This document shows positions 1 through 8,634 of a stretch of 55,316 nucleotides of DNA, piece by piece; positions within the stretch are counted from its first letter, which is position 1; every line of letters starts with the position of its first letter. Source of the stretch: Sphingomicrobium sp. (GTDB lineage Bacteria; Pseudomonadota; Alphaproteobacteria; Sphingomonadales; Sphingomonadaceae); contig DATLGC010000163.1 in the NCBI GenBank assembly GCA_035540655.1, forward strand, positions 1 through 55,316, in the 5' to 3' direction. The position numbers were made by a program, and so were the translations under genes. The notes below the pieces were generated by a model. It had not been told where the DNA came from and ran no database searches. It saw only the letters and a list, made by a program, of their open reading frames with translations.

Positions 1-1776
1 CCTGAAATCCGGGTGTCGGCGATTGATCGCCGATGCGGACGCGATTGCCTGCTCGAGCACGAAATCGGTGAGCTTGCCGATGCGGTCGTGCTGCTCGGCA
101 GCGGCAATGAATTCGGTGGCTGCGATCGGTCCCTTTTCCGGGTGGGTCCAGCGGGCGAGCGCTTCCGCGCCGATGATCCGCCGGGTCTTGAGGTCGAGCT
201 GGGGCTGGTATGCGACCCAAACCTCGCCCTTGTCGACTGCGGCATCGAGCTGGCTCAGCATCGACAGCTTCCAAGATGCGTCCTGAAGGCTTTCCGGATC
301 GTGATATTTCCACTTGAGTCCGTCGTGCGCCGCCTCGTCGGCAGCGACAAGCGCACTTCCGAAGCGGTTGGCCAGTGACCGCCCGCTGCCAATCTCGACC
401 CCGAAGCTGATCGACAGGTCGATCTGCTGCCCCGACACCTTGGCCGGGTTGCGGAACAGCGCGTAGAGCGCCTCGAGATGATGCCCGAAGGGTACGCGCG
501 GCTCCTCGAACCAGGCGAAAATTCCGTCATCACCATGATACAAAGTGCGTTCCGGCGCGCCGACCCGCAGGCGGCTGACGATCTGCTCGATCAGTTTCTC
601 CTCGCTCGATGCCGGAAGGGCGGCAGCGATCTCCGAATAATTCAGGATTCGGGCGGCGATTAGAGCATGGTCGCGGCCCTCTCGATTGAATCGCAATGCA
701 CTGAGATTTGGCAGTCCCGAAACCGGATTGGTCATCCCGCCTTGCCGGTAGCGGCGCCATGTCAGACTACCGGCGACCCAGGCGATCACGAACAGGGCCG
801 GGGTGATGTCGACGAAAAGCAAATAGGCTTCGAGCAGGGCCGGAGCGAGCAGAAAGACGAGTGCCGCGCCGCCCAGGATCGCTGCTTGTTGAATCGATCG
901 CTTGCGTGTTGCAGCCACCGCAGCTGCCGCGATTGCGACTGCGAAGGCGAGTGCCCAGCCGAGATAAACCGGCCTGCCAGACTTGAGAGTCTCGGCCCCG
1001 AGAATCTGGATATAGACACCGCCCATCTGCCCGGTTCCGGGAATGAAGTAGATGTCCCCGAGGGTGTTCGACGTCGTTCCGATCACGATATCCTTGCCCC
1101 GGATCAAGCTCGGGTCGAAGTCGCTTTTGAGGACTTTGGCGGCCGACAGGGCTGGGATGGAATTCGGATCGATGGAATAATCGACAATGAATGTTGCGTT
1201 GGCGGACCCCGGCCGACGCGCCAGCGTCGCAGCGAGGGAGGGAATTTTCTGATCCTTCCACGAGGCAGCGTAGGGAAGCCGCCAGACTGCATTCTGGTAG
1301 TTGTACTCCGCGCTGATGCTGGCGATCTCGGCACGGTCGGCGAATTTCGCCAGCGGCATTCCGTCTTGTTGGGTTCCGGCGTTGGGTCCCACCCGAGTCC
1401 ACGCAGCCAGCACAACCTTTGACCGTTCCAATGCTTCCGCGAAGGCACGGTCATCATCAGGATCGCCCGGGTTTACGAAACCAACGTCGAAGAAGATTTG
1501 CCTGGCCCCGGCTCGGGTCAGCGAGTCCGTCAGCTGAGCGTGATATCGGCGTGGCCAGGGCCAGCGGCCGACCTGGGCCAGCGCCTCCTCGTCGATCTTG
1601 ACCAGGACGATGTCTCCACTCGCTTCGTGGACGTGCAGCTTGTTGCGGGCGACTCGAAACCAGTCCTCGGCGATCTCGCCAAAGCCGATCAGGCCGAAAA
1701 TCAGCCCTGCGATCGCGGTCCACAGCAGCAGCTTGAGCGGCGGCCATTCCGAGGTTTTTTGGTCGCGAGCCTGCAC
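1..1776 (-). CDS. CHASE2 / degenerate GGDEF / EAL c-di-GMP phosphodiesterase (runs off the left edge)
   Basis: Hand translation of the minus frame from GTG 1776; absent from the ORF track because it has no stop in the window. N-terminal TM; IVLVKIDEEAL..GRWPWPRRYHA (CHASE2); LYHGDDGIF where GGDEF is expected; YQPQLD..IIGAEALARWTHPEKG (EAL). Confidence 0.85.
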   Translation of the reverse strand, partial: MQARDQKTSEWPPLKLLLWTAIAGLIFGLIGFGEIAEDWFRVARNKLHVHEASGDIVLVKIDEEALAQVGRWPWPRRYHAQLTDSLTRAGARQIFFDVGFVNPGDPDDDRAFAEALERSKVVLAAWTRVGPNAGTQQDGMPLAKFADRAEIASISAEYNYQNAVWRLPYAASWKDQKIPSLAATLARRPGSANATFIVDYSIDPNSIPALSAAKVLKSDFDPSLIRGKDIVIGTTSNTLGDIYFIPGTGQMGGVYIQILGAETLKSGRPVYLGWALAFAVAIAAAAVAATRKRSIQQAAILGGAALVFLLAPALLEAYLLFVDITPALFVIAWVAGSLTWRRYRQGGMTNPVSGLPNLSALRFNREGRDHALIAARILNYSEIAAALPASSEEKLIEQIVSRLRVGAPERTLYHGDDGIFAWFEEPRVPFGHHLEALYALFRNPAKVSGQQIDLSISFGVEIGSGRSLANRFGSALVAADEAAHDGLKWKYHDPESLQDASWKLSMLSQLDAAVDKGEVWVAYQPQLDLKTRRIIGAEALARWTHPEKGPIAATEFIAAAEQHDRIGKLTDFVLEQAIASASAINRRHPDFR

Positions 1777-1932
1777 CGGCGGCTTTCCTTCGCTTTTGCA
1801 GCCCCCGCCCTGCCCGAGAAAGGTTAGGAAATAGGAAACCAGAGCGCAGATTAACGACGTTAAGGCGGCACCCCCTCGACACCTCCGCCCGGAGCCGCCA
1901 AGAACGGCGCGAACCTACGCCGGAGGGGGGAC

Positions 1933-2214
1933 ATGGACTTCGTCTCGATCCTGTCGATTTTCGTGCTGTCCTGCTTCGTCGGCTATTATGTCGTCTGGTC
2001 GGTCACTCCGGCGCTGCACACGCCCTTGATGAGCGTCACCAACGCCATTTCCTCGGTGATTGTCGTCGGCGCCCTGATCGCCGCCGCCGCGGCCGGGAGC
2101 CCGGCCGCCAAATGGCTCGGCCTAGGGGCCGTCGCGCTCGCCAGCGTCAACATCTTCGGCGGCTTCGCGGTCACCGCGAGAATGCTTGCGATGTACAAGA
2201 AGAAGGAGCGCTGA
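1933..2214 (+). CDS. pntA: NAD(P) transhydrogenase subunit alpha, part 2 (membrane)
   Basis: VTPALHTPLMSVTNAISS and NIFGGFAVT motifs; GGAGG SD. Confidence 0.95.
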   Translation: MDFVSILSIFVLSCFVGYYVVWSVTPALHTPLMSVTNAISSVIVVGALIAAAAAGSPAAKWLGLGAVALASVNIFGGFAVTARMLAMYKKKER

Positions 2215-2218
2215 GCCC

Positions 2219-3622
2219 GTGGCGGCCGACGAAATGCCCGCCTGGGTGCTGATCGCCTATCTCGTCGCCGGAGTGTGCTTCATCCTCGCGCTGCGCGGGC
2301 TGTCGCATCCCGAAACCAGCAGGGCAGGCAACCGAATCGGGATGACGGGCATGGCCATTGCGGTCATCGCCACCCTGGCGTCCCACGACCTCGCCTCGAT
2401 CCCCGAGATCGCCGCCGCGATCGCCATCGGCGGCACGATCGGCCTGGTCATCGCCCGACGCATCCAGATGACGGCCATGCCGCAGCTGGTCGCCGCCTGC
2501 CACAGCCTGGTCGGAATGGCCGCGGTTCTGGTCGGTGCGGCCGCCTACCTCAATCCCGGCGCCTATGGGATTTTGGGCCCGGACGGCATCTACCAGGTCA
2601 CCCGGGTCGAACTGGGCCTCGGCGTGGCGATCGGCGCGATCACCTTCTCGGGTTCGGTCATTGCCTTCCTCAAGCTCAACGGCAACATGTCGGGAAGGCC
2701 GATCCTGCTGCCCGCGCGGCATGTGATCAACCTTGGAACGATTGCCGCCATCCTCGGCCTGATCGGCTATTTCACTTTCGACCAGAGCCCGTGGGTTTTC
2801 GTCACCATCGCCGCTTTGTCGTTCGTCATCGGCTTCCTGCTCATCATTCCTATCGGCGGCGCCGACATGCCGGTCGTCATCTCGATGCTCAACAGCTATT
2901 CGGGATGGGCGGCGGCGGCGATGGGCTTCACGCTGCACAATACGGCGATGATCATCACCGGCGCGCTGGTCGGCAGCGCCGGCGCAATCCTCTCCTACAT
3001 CATGTGCCGGGGAATGAACCGGAGCTTCATTTCGGTGATCGCCGGCGGCTTTGGCGGCGAGGCGATCGCCGGCGGGGGCGAGGCGATCGACCGGCCATGG
3101 AAGCGCGGCTCGGCCGAGGACGCGGCGTTCATGCTCGCCCAGGCCGAGCAGGTCATCGTCATCCCGGGCTACGGAATGGCGGTCGCCCAGGCGCAGCATG
3201 CGCTTCGCGAAATGGCCGATATCCTCAAGGAAAAGGGCGTCCGGGTGAAATATGCGATTCATCCGGTGGCGGGCCGGATGCCGGGGCATATGAACGTTCT
3301 TCTGGCCGAGGCGAACGTGCCCTATGACGAGGTGTTCGAGCTGGAGGATATCAACTCCGAATTCTCCCAGACCGACGTCGCCTTCGTCATCGGCGCCAAC
3401 GACGTCACCAATCCGTCGGCGAAGACCGACAAGAGCTCGCCGATCTACGGAATGCCGGTGCTCGACGTCGAAAAGGCGCGGACCGTATTGTTCGTCAAAA
3501 GGTCGATGGGCGGGGTCGGCTACGCGGGCGTGGATAACGAGCTATTCTACCGCGATAACACGATGATGCTGCTTGCCGACGCCAAGAAGATGGTCGAGGA
3601 AATCGTCAAGAGCCTAGATTGA
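2219..3622 (+). CDS. pntB: NAD(P) transhydrogenase subunit beta
   Basis: IGGADMPVVISMLNSYSG, PGYGMAVAQAQ, HPVAGRMPGHMNVLLAEA motifs; GTG 2219 is the likely start. Confidence 0.95.
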   Translation: MAADEMPAWVLIAYLVAGVCFILALRGLSHPETSRAGNRIGMTGMAIAVIATLASHDLASIPEIAAAIAIGGTIGLVIARRIQMTAMPQLVAACHSLVGMAAVLVGAAAYLNPGAYGILGPDGIYQVTRVELGLGVAIGAITFSGSVIAFLKLNGNMSGRPILLPARHVINLGTIAAILGLIGYFTFDQSPWVFVTIAALSFVIGFLLIIPIGGADMPVVISMLNSYSGWAAAAMGFTLHNTAMIITGALVGSAGAILSYIMCRGMNRSFISVIAGGFGGEAIAGGGEAIDRPWKRGSAEDAAFMLAQAEQVIVIPGYGMAVAQAQHALREMADILKEKGVRVKYAIHPVAGRMPGHMNVLLAEANVPYDEVFELEDINSEFSQTDVAFVIGANDVTNPSAKTDKSSPIYGMPVLDVEKARTVLFVKRSMGGVGYAGVDNELFYRDNTMMLLADAKKMVEEIVKSLD

Positions 3623-3693
3623 GTCGGCTTCGGTTCAGCAAGGCTCGAGCAGGATTCCGGTTCGGGTCTTGGCACGGTGAGAGGGACGGGCAC

Positions 3694-4410
3694 TTGCGCA
3701 AGCTTGGAATCATCGGCGGGACCAGCTGGTCGTCCACCGCGCTTTATTACGAGCATATCAACCGCGGAATCGCCCAGCGGCTCGGCGGACTGCATAGCGC
3801 CCGGCTGGTGATCGAAAGCCTCGATCTCGCGCCCGTGGCGGAAAAGGAGCTGTCGGGCGACTGGGACGACGTCGCCCAGATCCACCTCGAGGCCGCCCGG
3901 CGCCTGGAATCGGCCGGCGCGGACGGGGTGATCATCACTTCGAACACCGGCCACAAGGTATATGACGCAGTGTCCGCCGAAATCGGCGTTCCGATGCTCC
4001 ACATCGCCGACGCGACCGCCGATAAGCTCGTCGCCGACGGCCGCAGCCGGGTCGCCCTGCTCGGCACCCGCTTCACGATGACCGAGCCGCATGTCCGAAG
4101 CCGCCTCGAGAGCCGCCGAATCGCGCTGGCGCCGGTCGATGTCGGCTGGACCCGCGAGGTCGACCGGATCATCTTCGAGGAGCTTGCCGCCGCCCGGGTG
4201 GTCCGCGACAGCCAGCGCAAATTGAAGACCTTGATCGTCGAGCTTGCCCGCCAGAAGGTCCAGGCGGTCGTGCTCGGCTGCACCGAGCTGGTGCTTGCCG
4301 TCGATACCCGAGCCAACGTCATTCCCGTTTATGACACGACCGCGATCCACGCTCGCGCAGCCGTCGAGTGGATGCTCGCCGACGAAGAGCAGTCGAGGGC
4401 GGCTGCCTGA
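3694..4410 (+). CDS. Aspartate/glutamate racemase family protein (YgeA/RacX-like)
   Basis: LGIIGGTSWSSTALYY..RLGGLHSA and LGCTEL motifs; likely TTG start at 3694. Confidence 0.9.
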   Translation: MRKLGIIGGTSWSSTALYYEHINRGIAQRLGGLHSARLVIESLDLAPVAEKELSGDWDDVAQIHLEAARRLESAGADGVIITSNTGHKVYDAVSAEIGVPMLHIADATADKLVADGRSRVALLGTRFTMTEPHVRSRLESRRIALAPVDVGWTREVDRIIFEELAAARVVRDSQRKLKTLIVELARQKVQAVVLGCTELVLAVDTRANVIPVYDTTAIHARAAVEWMLADEEQSRAAA

Positions 4411-4476
4411 AGCGGCTTTTCTTCAAGAAGCCGGCGTGGAAGGATATCGCCCGCTGAGCACCGGCGGAGCAGTGAT

Positions 4477-5628
4477 TTGGACATAAGAGCTAGCGACGCA
4501 TTCCTTGCCGACACGCTGCGCGCGCCGCCGGCTGCGTGGCCAGCCGGGCGGGACGGGGAGGGGGCCTCCGACCGGCTGTTCGAGCGGGTCTGCTACCACG
4601 GTATTGCCGGACTGCTGATCGATATTGGTGGCGTCGGCCCGTGCTGGCCGCACGAACTTCGTCGCCGCATCCACGGCCATGCGATCGGCCAGGCGATGTG
4701 GGAGGCCCGCCATCAGGCCGAGCTGGCGCGACTGCTTGGCGCACTTGCCGAGCGCGACCTCGAAGCGATCCTGCTCAAGGGCACTGCAATTGCCTATGAC
4801 CTCTACGGGACTCCTTCTGCCCGGCTTCGCGGGGACAGCGATTTACTGGTTCGCGAGGACCAGCTGGGAGAAGTCCGGCAGGTTCTGCGTGCGCTTGGCT
4901 GCGTCCGTCATCTCAGCGGAAGGCCGCTGCCCGACCGGCTCGAGCTTCAGGAAAGCTGGGCGATCGAGGCGCCGGGTTCCCGGCAGCTGATCGATCTCCA
5001 CTGGTCCGCGCTCAATTCGCTGGCGCTTCGCAATGTGTTGCGTTTCGATCAGATCCGGTCCGCCCTGATGCCCTTGCCCCGGCTGTCAAAGGACGCGGTC
5101 GCCGCCGATCGCCCGATCTTGCTCCTGCACACCTGCCTTCACCGGGCGATGCACTGCGTTTCACCCTATTTCGTCGATGGAGTGACTTATTATGGGGGCG
5201 ACCGGCTGATCTGGCTGTATGACATCCGGCTGCTGGCGGCCGCGTTGAGCGAAGAACAGTGGGAAGCGTTTCTGGTCCTTGCCCATCACACGGGCACGTC
5301 GGCGCCCTGCCGTGAAGGCCTTTCAATGGCTAAACTGCGACTTGGCAGCAGAGTGCCCGACGCGGTCATGGCCAGACTTGCCAGTGGCGAGAGAAGCAGC
5401 GCTAGCAGCTATTTGCGGGGAGGACAGTTGCGGCGATCATCGATGGATGTCCTCGCCGTGCCCGGCTTACGGGACAAGCTTCGATTGATCGGCGGCCGGC
5501 TGTTTCCCGGAGGCGCGTTCCTGAGGGCGAAATATCCGCGCATGGCGCGCATGCCGATCGCCATCCTGCAAGCGCGGCGATTTGCCGACATGCTTCGCGA
5601 CCGGCCGCGGCAAGGCAGTGGCCAATGA
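4477..5628 (+). CDS. Nucleotidyltransferase family protein (NTP_transf_5-like), lasso-cluster associated
   Basis: ILLKG..LY..PSARLRGDSDLLV, IDLHW and RLIWLYDI motifs typical of this family. Confidence 0.85.
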   Translation: MDIRASDAFLADTLRAPPAAWPAGRDGEGASDRLFERVCYHGIAGLLIDIGGVGPCWPHELRRRIHGHAIGQAMWEARHQAELARLLGALAERDLEAILLKGTAIAYDLYGTPSARLRGDSDLLVREDQLGEVRQVLRALGCVRHLSGRPLPDRLELQESWAIEAPGSRQLIDLHWSALNSLALRNVLRFDQIRSALMPLPRLSKDAVAADRPILLLHTCLHRAMHCVSPYFVDGVTYYGGDRLIWLYDIRLLAAALSEEQWEAFLVLAHHTGTSAPCREGLSMAKLRLGSRVPDAVMARLASGERSSASSYLRGGQLRRSSMDVLAVPGLRDKLRLIGGRLFPGGAFLRAKYPRMARMPIAILQARRFADMLRDRPRQGSGQ

Positions 5629-5644
5629 GCCGCCGAGGGCTCGA

Positions 5645-7531
5645 TTGAGCGGCATCTGCGGCATCCTCCGCCTGGACGGCGGTCCGGTTACTGCGCCCGA
5701 AATCCGGGCGATGATCGGGCCGCTGAAGCGCCGTGGCCCTGACGGCGCGAATGTTTGGCTCGGCGACGGCGTTGCCCTTGGCCACGCGCTGTTAGCGACG
5801 ACCCGCGAGGCGGCGGCGGAGCAGCTTCCGCTGGCCCACGAAAATAGCCAGTGCGTGATCACCGCCGATGCCCGTATCGACAACCGAGACGAGCTTGCCG
5901 CGGAGCTTGGGCTAAATCTTAGCGAGCGAATGATCGGCGACGGCGAGCTGATCCTCCTGGCTTACCTCAAATGGGGCGAGAATTGTGTCAAGCATTTCCT
6001 GGGCGATTTTGCCTTCGCCATCTGGGACGGTCGCACACGGCGGCTGTTCTGCGCCCGCGATCAGGTCGGCATGCGCCAGCTCATCTACTGCCACCTTCCA
6101 GGCAATCTCTTCTTGTTAGCCACAGAGCCGAGGGCGGTTATCGCACACGCTTCCGCGCCGCGCGAGATCAATGAAGGGCGGATTATCGATTACCTAGAAA
6201 ACTTGGGCGGCTTCGATCTTGTAGAGACCTTTTACAAAGGTGTGTTTCGGTTGCCTCCGGCTCACCTTCTGGTCGTCGACCAGCAACGCCTGTCCGTCCG
6301 CCAGTACTGGTTCCTCCAACCAGAAAACGAATTGAAGCTGGGGTCTGACGAAGCCTATTCCGAAGCTTTCCTCGACGTCTTTCAACAGGCTGTCCGCAGT
6401 AGGCTTCGGAGTTCTGGGCCGGTGGGCGCGATGCTGTCCGGCGGAATTGATTCGGGGAGCGTTGCTGCGGTGGCGGCGAGGCAGCTTGCTGCGACTCACA
6501 AGGGTCCGTTGCAAACCTTTTCAGGGGTAGGACCGGACCCGTCCTCCTGCATCGAAACGCGAACGATCCGCGCCGCGCTGACAATTTCGGGGATCGAGCC
6601 GGAGCTCGTCAGCCTCGCGAGCCTCGATGGATATATTGAGGAGCTGGCTCAGCTCACCCGCTGCATTGACGAACCGACCGACGGCCAAATGACCCTTCTT
6701 CGGGTCGTGTACCTCGCGGCCAACCGATCAGGCATCAAGGTGGTGCTTGACGGCGTCGGTGGGGACACCGTCCTTTCGGCAGGCAATCACGTGGCACGGC
6801 TGCTTCGCCGAGGATGGGTGACTGAAGCCATACGGGAGGCCCGCGGGGAACAATCGTTTTGGGGACATCAACATCCAGCCCACAGGGCGTTCGCCCTAGG
6901 GGCATGGCGTGCATTCGTTCCGAAGGGAATTCGCCACGTTAGACAAAATGCAATCGCGGCAATCCGGGACCGAATCGATCACGGAGCCCACATTAGTGCT
7001 GGGTTATTCAGCAATGCGAGGGAGCGTAAGCGCCGCTGGCGCCAACACTTAACGCCCTTCGATTCCACCGCTCGAGATGAGCGGGCACTGCTTATCCGCC
7101 ATCCGTACCTGACAATCGGGCGAGAAGCGTACGACCGCGTCGCATCGGCTCTTGCAATCGAACCGAGGGATCCGTTTGTCGATCTCCGCCTTGTTCGCTT
7201 TTCACTGGCGCTCCCTCCGGAGCAGCTGCAATCGCGCGGCTGGCCAAAGCTGATCCTTCGCAAGGCAACGGCTGGCCTTCTTCCCGAAGAAGTGCGCTGG
7301 CGCCCGGGCAAAGAGCATCTAGGCTGGTCGTTCACCCGTGCTCTGTTCGCGTCTCGCTGCTGGTCAGAAAAACTTGACGGGCACCCCAGGGAAACTATTT
7401 CGCGTTTCGTTGCTTTAGATCAGATCGAGTCCGTCCAACGGAAGTGCGGGGACTCGAAAGCTTTTGTCGATTGGGTCAATGCCGTGTACCTGAGCTTATG
7501 GTTCGATTCCGTGAACGGAGGGAGGATTTAG
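5645..7531 (+). CDS. Lasso peptide cyclase (asparagine synthetase-like, C protein)
   Basis: Likely start MSGICG (Ser where Ntn glutaminases have the catalytic Cys); RGPDG, GDFAFAIWD, ARDQVG, LSGGIDS ATP motif, DGVGGD, RDPFVD, KLILR..LLPEEVRWRPGK; flanked by precursor, RRE and B2 genes. Confidence 0.9.
   Translation: MSGICGILRLDGGPVTAPEIRAMIGPLKRRGPDGANVWLGDGVALGHALLATTREAAAEQLPLAHENSQCVITADARIDNRDELAAELGLNLSERMIGDGELILLAYLKWGENCVKHFLGDFAFAIWDGRTRRLFCARDQVGMRQLIYCHLPGNLFLLATEPRAVIAHASAPREINEGRIIDYLENLGGFDLVETFYKGVFRLPPAHLLVVDQQRLSVRQYWFLQPENELKLGSDEAYSEAFLDVFQQAVRSRLRSSGPVGAMLSGGIDSGSVAAVAARQLAATHKGPLQTFSGVGPDPSSCIETRTIRAALTISGIEPELVSLASLDGYIEELAQLTRCIDEPTDGQMTLLRVVYLAANRSGIKVVLDGVGGDTVLSAGNHVARLLRRGWVTEAIREARGEQSFWGHQHPAHRAFALGAWRAFVPKGIRHVRQNAIAAIRDRIDHGAHISAGLFSNARERKRRWRQHLTPFDSTARDERALLIRHPYLTIGREAYDRVASALAIEPRDPFVDLRLVRFSLALPPEQLQSRGWPKLILRKATAGLLPEEVRWRPGKEHLGWSFTRALFASRCWSEKLDGHPRETISRFVALDQIESVQRKCGDSKAFVDWVNAVYLSLWFDSVNGGRI
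7521..7525 (+). promoter_or_regulatory. Shine-Dalgarno (GGAGG) of the lasso precursor, inside the last cyclase codons
   Basis: GGAGG lies 7 nt before ATG 7533. Confidence 0.8.
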
Positions 7532-7532
7532 A

Positions 7533-7670
7533 ATGACTGGTAAGCGCGAGCGTAAAGTGTATTCTTCACCGACGCTGGTGAGATATGGTGATTTGGCCGG
7601 GATCACGGCAGGTGGCGTTGGCTCGGTGGTCGAAACAGGCGGTGGTAACACTAACAAGAAACCCGGTTAA
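7533..7670 (+). CDS. Lasso peptide precursor, 45 aa: MTGKRERKVYSSPTLVRYGDLAGITA|GGVGSVVETGGGNTNKKPG
   Basis: Hand-translated. Leader motif YxxPxLxxxGxxxxxT, Thr at -2, core starting with Gly1 and Glu at position 8, strong SD, directly after the cyclase. Confidence 0.92.
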   Translation: MTGKRERKVYSSPTLVRYGDLAGITAGGVGSVVETGGGNTNKKPG

Positions 7671-7688
7671 GCCGGCCGGTTCAGTAGG

Positions 7689-8603
7689 TTGCAGAGCACC
7701 GAGAGGCGCCGCGATTGCGGAGCCTTTAATCGAGCTTCGGCGCTCGCGGAGAGTCATAACTGGTCACTTTTGGTCGCGGCAAACCCATGCGTCGCCGGGG
7801 AGTTTATGCCCGTCGACATGGCGAGTCAGCCGGGTTTTCTACTCGGACGTGATTTAAACAAGTGCTCCCGGTTCCTCGTTTCGTTTCCCAACCTTGCGGA
7901 TTTCGAAGTTGATTGTCGCGAAAGAACCGTAAGCATATTCGAACATCATTCAGGTGCTAGCGAGCAAACGATCCAGCACCTCTTGCTGGATCAACTCCTG
8001 CCCCGGTTATTGGCATGTGCTGGCGATCTTGTGGTCCACGCTGCGGGCTTCGCCACAGTAACAGGTTCGGTGCTTCTGACCGGGCTGTCAGGGAAGGGGA
8101 AATCCACTCTGGCCGCCAGCTTTCACGCCGCCGGACATTTGTTGTTAGGAGACGATGCCATGATCGTCCACGCGGCACTCGGGGCGGTTTCTTGCCGCTC
8201 CGTCTATCGAAGCCTGCGTCTCCACCGGGACTCGATCGAAGCGGTGCTGCCAGGAAAGCGAGAACTCGCGCCCGTTGCGGAGCACACCGATAAGCAAAAT
8301 GTCATAGACCTTGGTCCGTCGCCTGAGGTTGCCAACGAGCAGCCTGTTAGGGCAGTTTACTGCCTTGGGGAGCACAGTGATACGATCCGGGTCAACAGAA
8401 TGTCTCCGGGCGAAGCATGCATGGCGCTTGTCGAACATAGCTTCTGGTTAGACCCGGCAGATCTCGAGCAAACGAAATCTCGTCTTATAACTGCCAGCGA
8501 AGTTGCGAAAGGCGTTCCCGTCTTTAATGTTGCGTACCCACGCGATTATGGCTCGCTGCCGCGGCTGCGACAAATCATCCTAGGCGGTCATGATATTCAT
8601 TAA
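7689..8603 (+). CDS. HPr kinase-like P-loop kinase (lasso kinase type)
   Basis: VHAAG..LLTGLSGKGKSTLA..LLGDD (His, Walker A, DD signature); start uncertain. Confidence 0.85.
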   Translation: MQSTERRRDCGAFNRASALAESHNWSLLVAANPCVAGEFMPVDMASQPGFLLGRDLNKCSRFLVSFPNLADFEVDCRERTVSIFEHHSGASEQTIQHLLLDQLLPRLLACAGDLVVHAAGFATVTGSVLLTGLSGKGKSTLAASFHAAGHLLLGDDAMIVHAALGAVSCRSVYRSLRLHRDSIEAVLPGKRELAPVAEHTDKQNVIDLGPSPEVANEQPVRAVYCLGEHSDTIRVNRMSPGEACMALVEHSFWLDPADLEQTKSRLITASEVAKGVPVFNVAYPRDYGSLPRLRQIILGGHDIH

Positions 8604-8634
8604 AATCAGCTTCGCGGGCTTCTGAGGCGCACTT

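Noticed and set aside
1851-1863. TTAA-N5-TTAA as a CtrA box
   Set aside because: Spacing is 5 rather than 7; at most a half site.
5582-7531. Calling this ORF a housekeeping asparagine synthetase (asnB)
   Set aside because: The likely N-terminus has Ser instead of the catalytic Cys, and the gene is flanked by a precursor, RRE and B2 peptidase.
7566-7857. Track ORFs 7585-7857 (+) and 7566-7757 (-) as genes
   Set aside because: They overlap the precursor and kinase in other frames and have no recognisable motifs.
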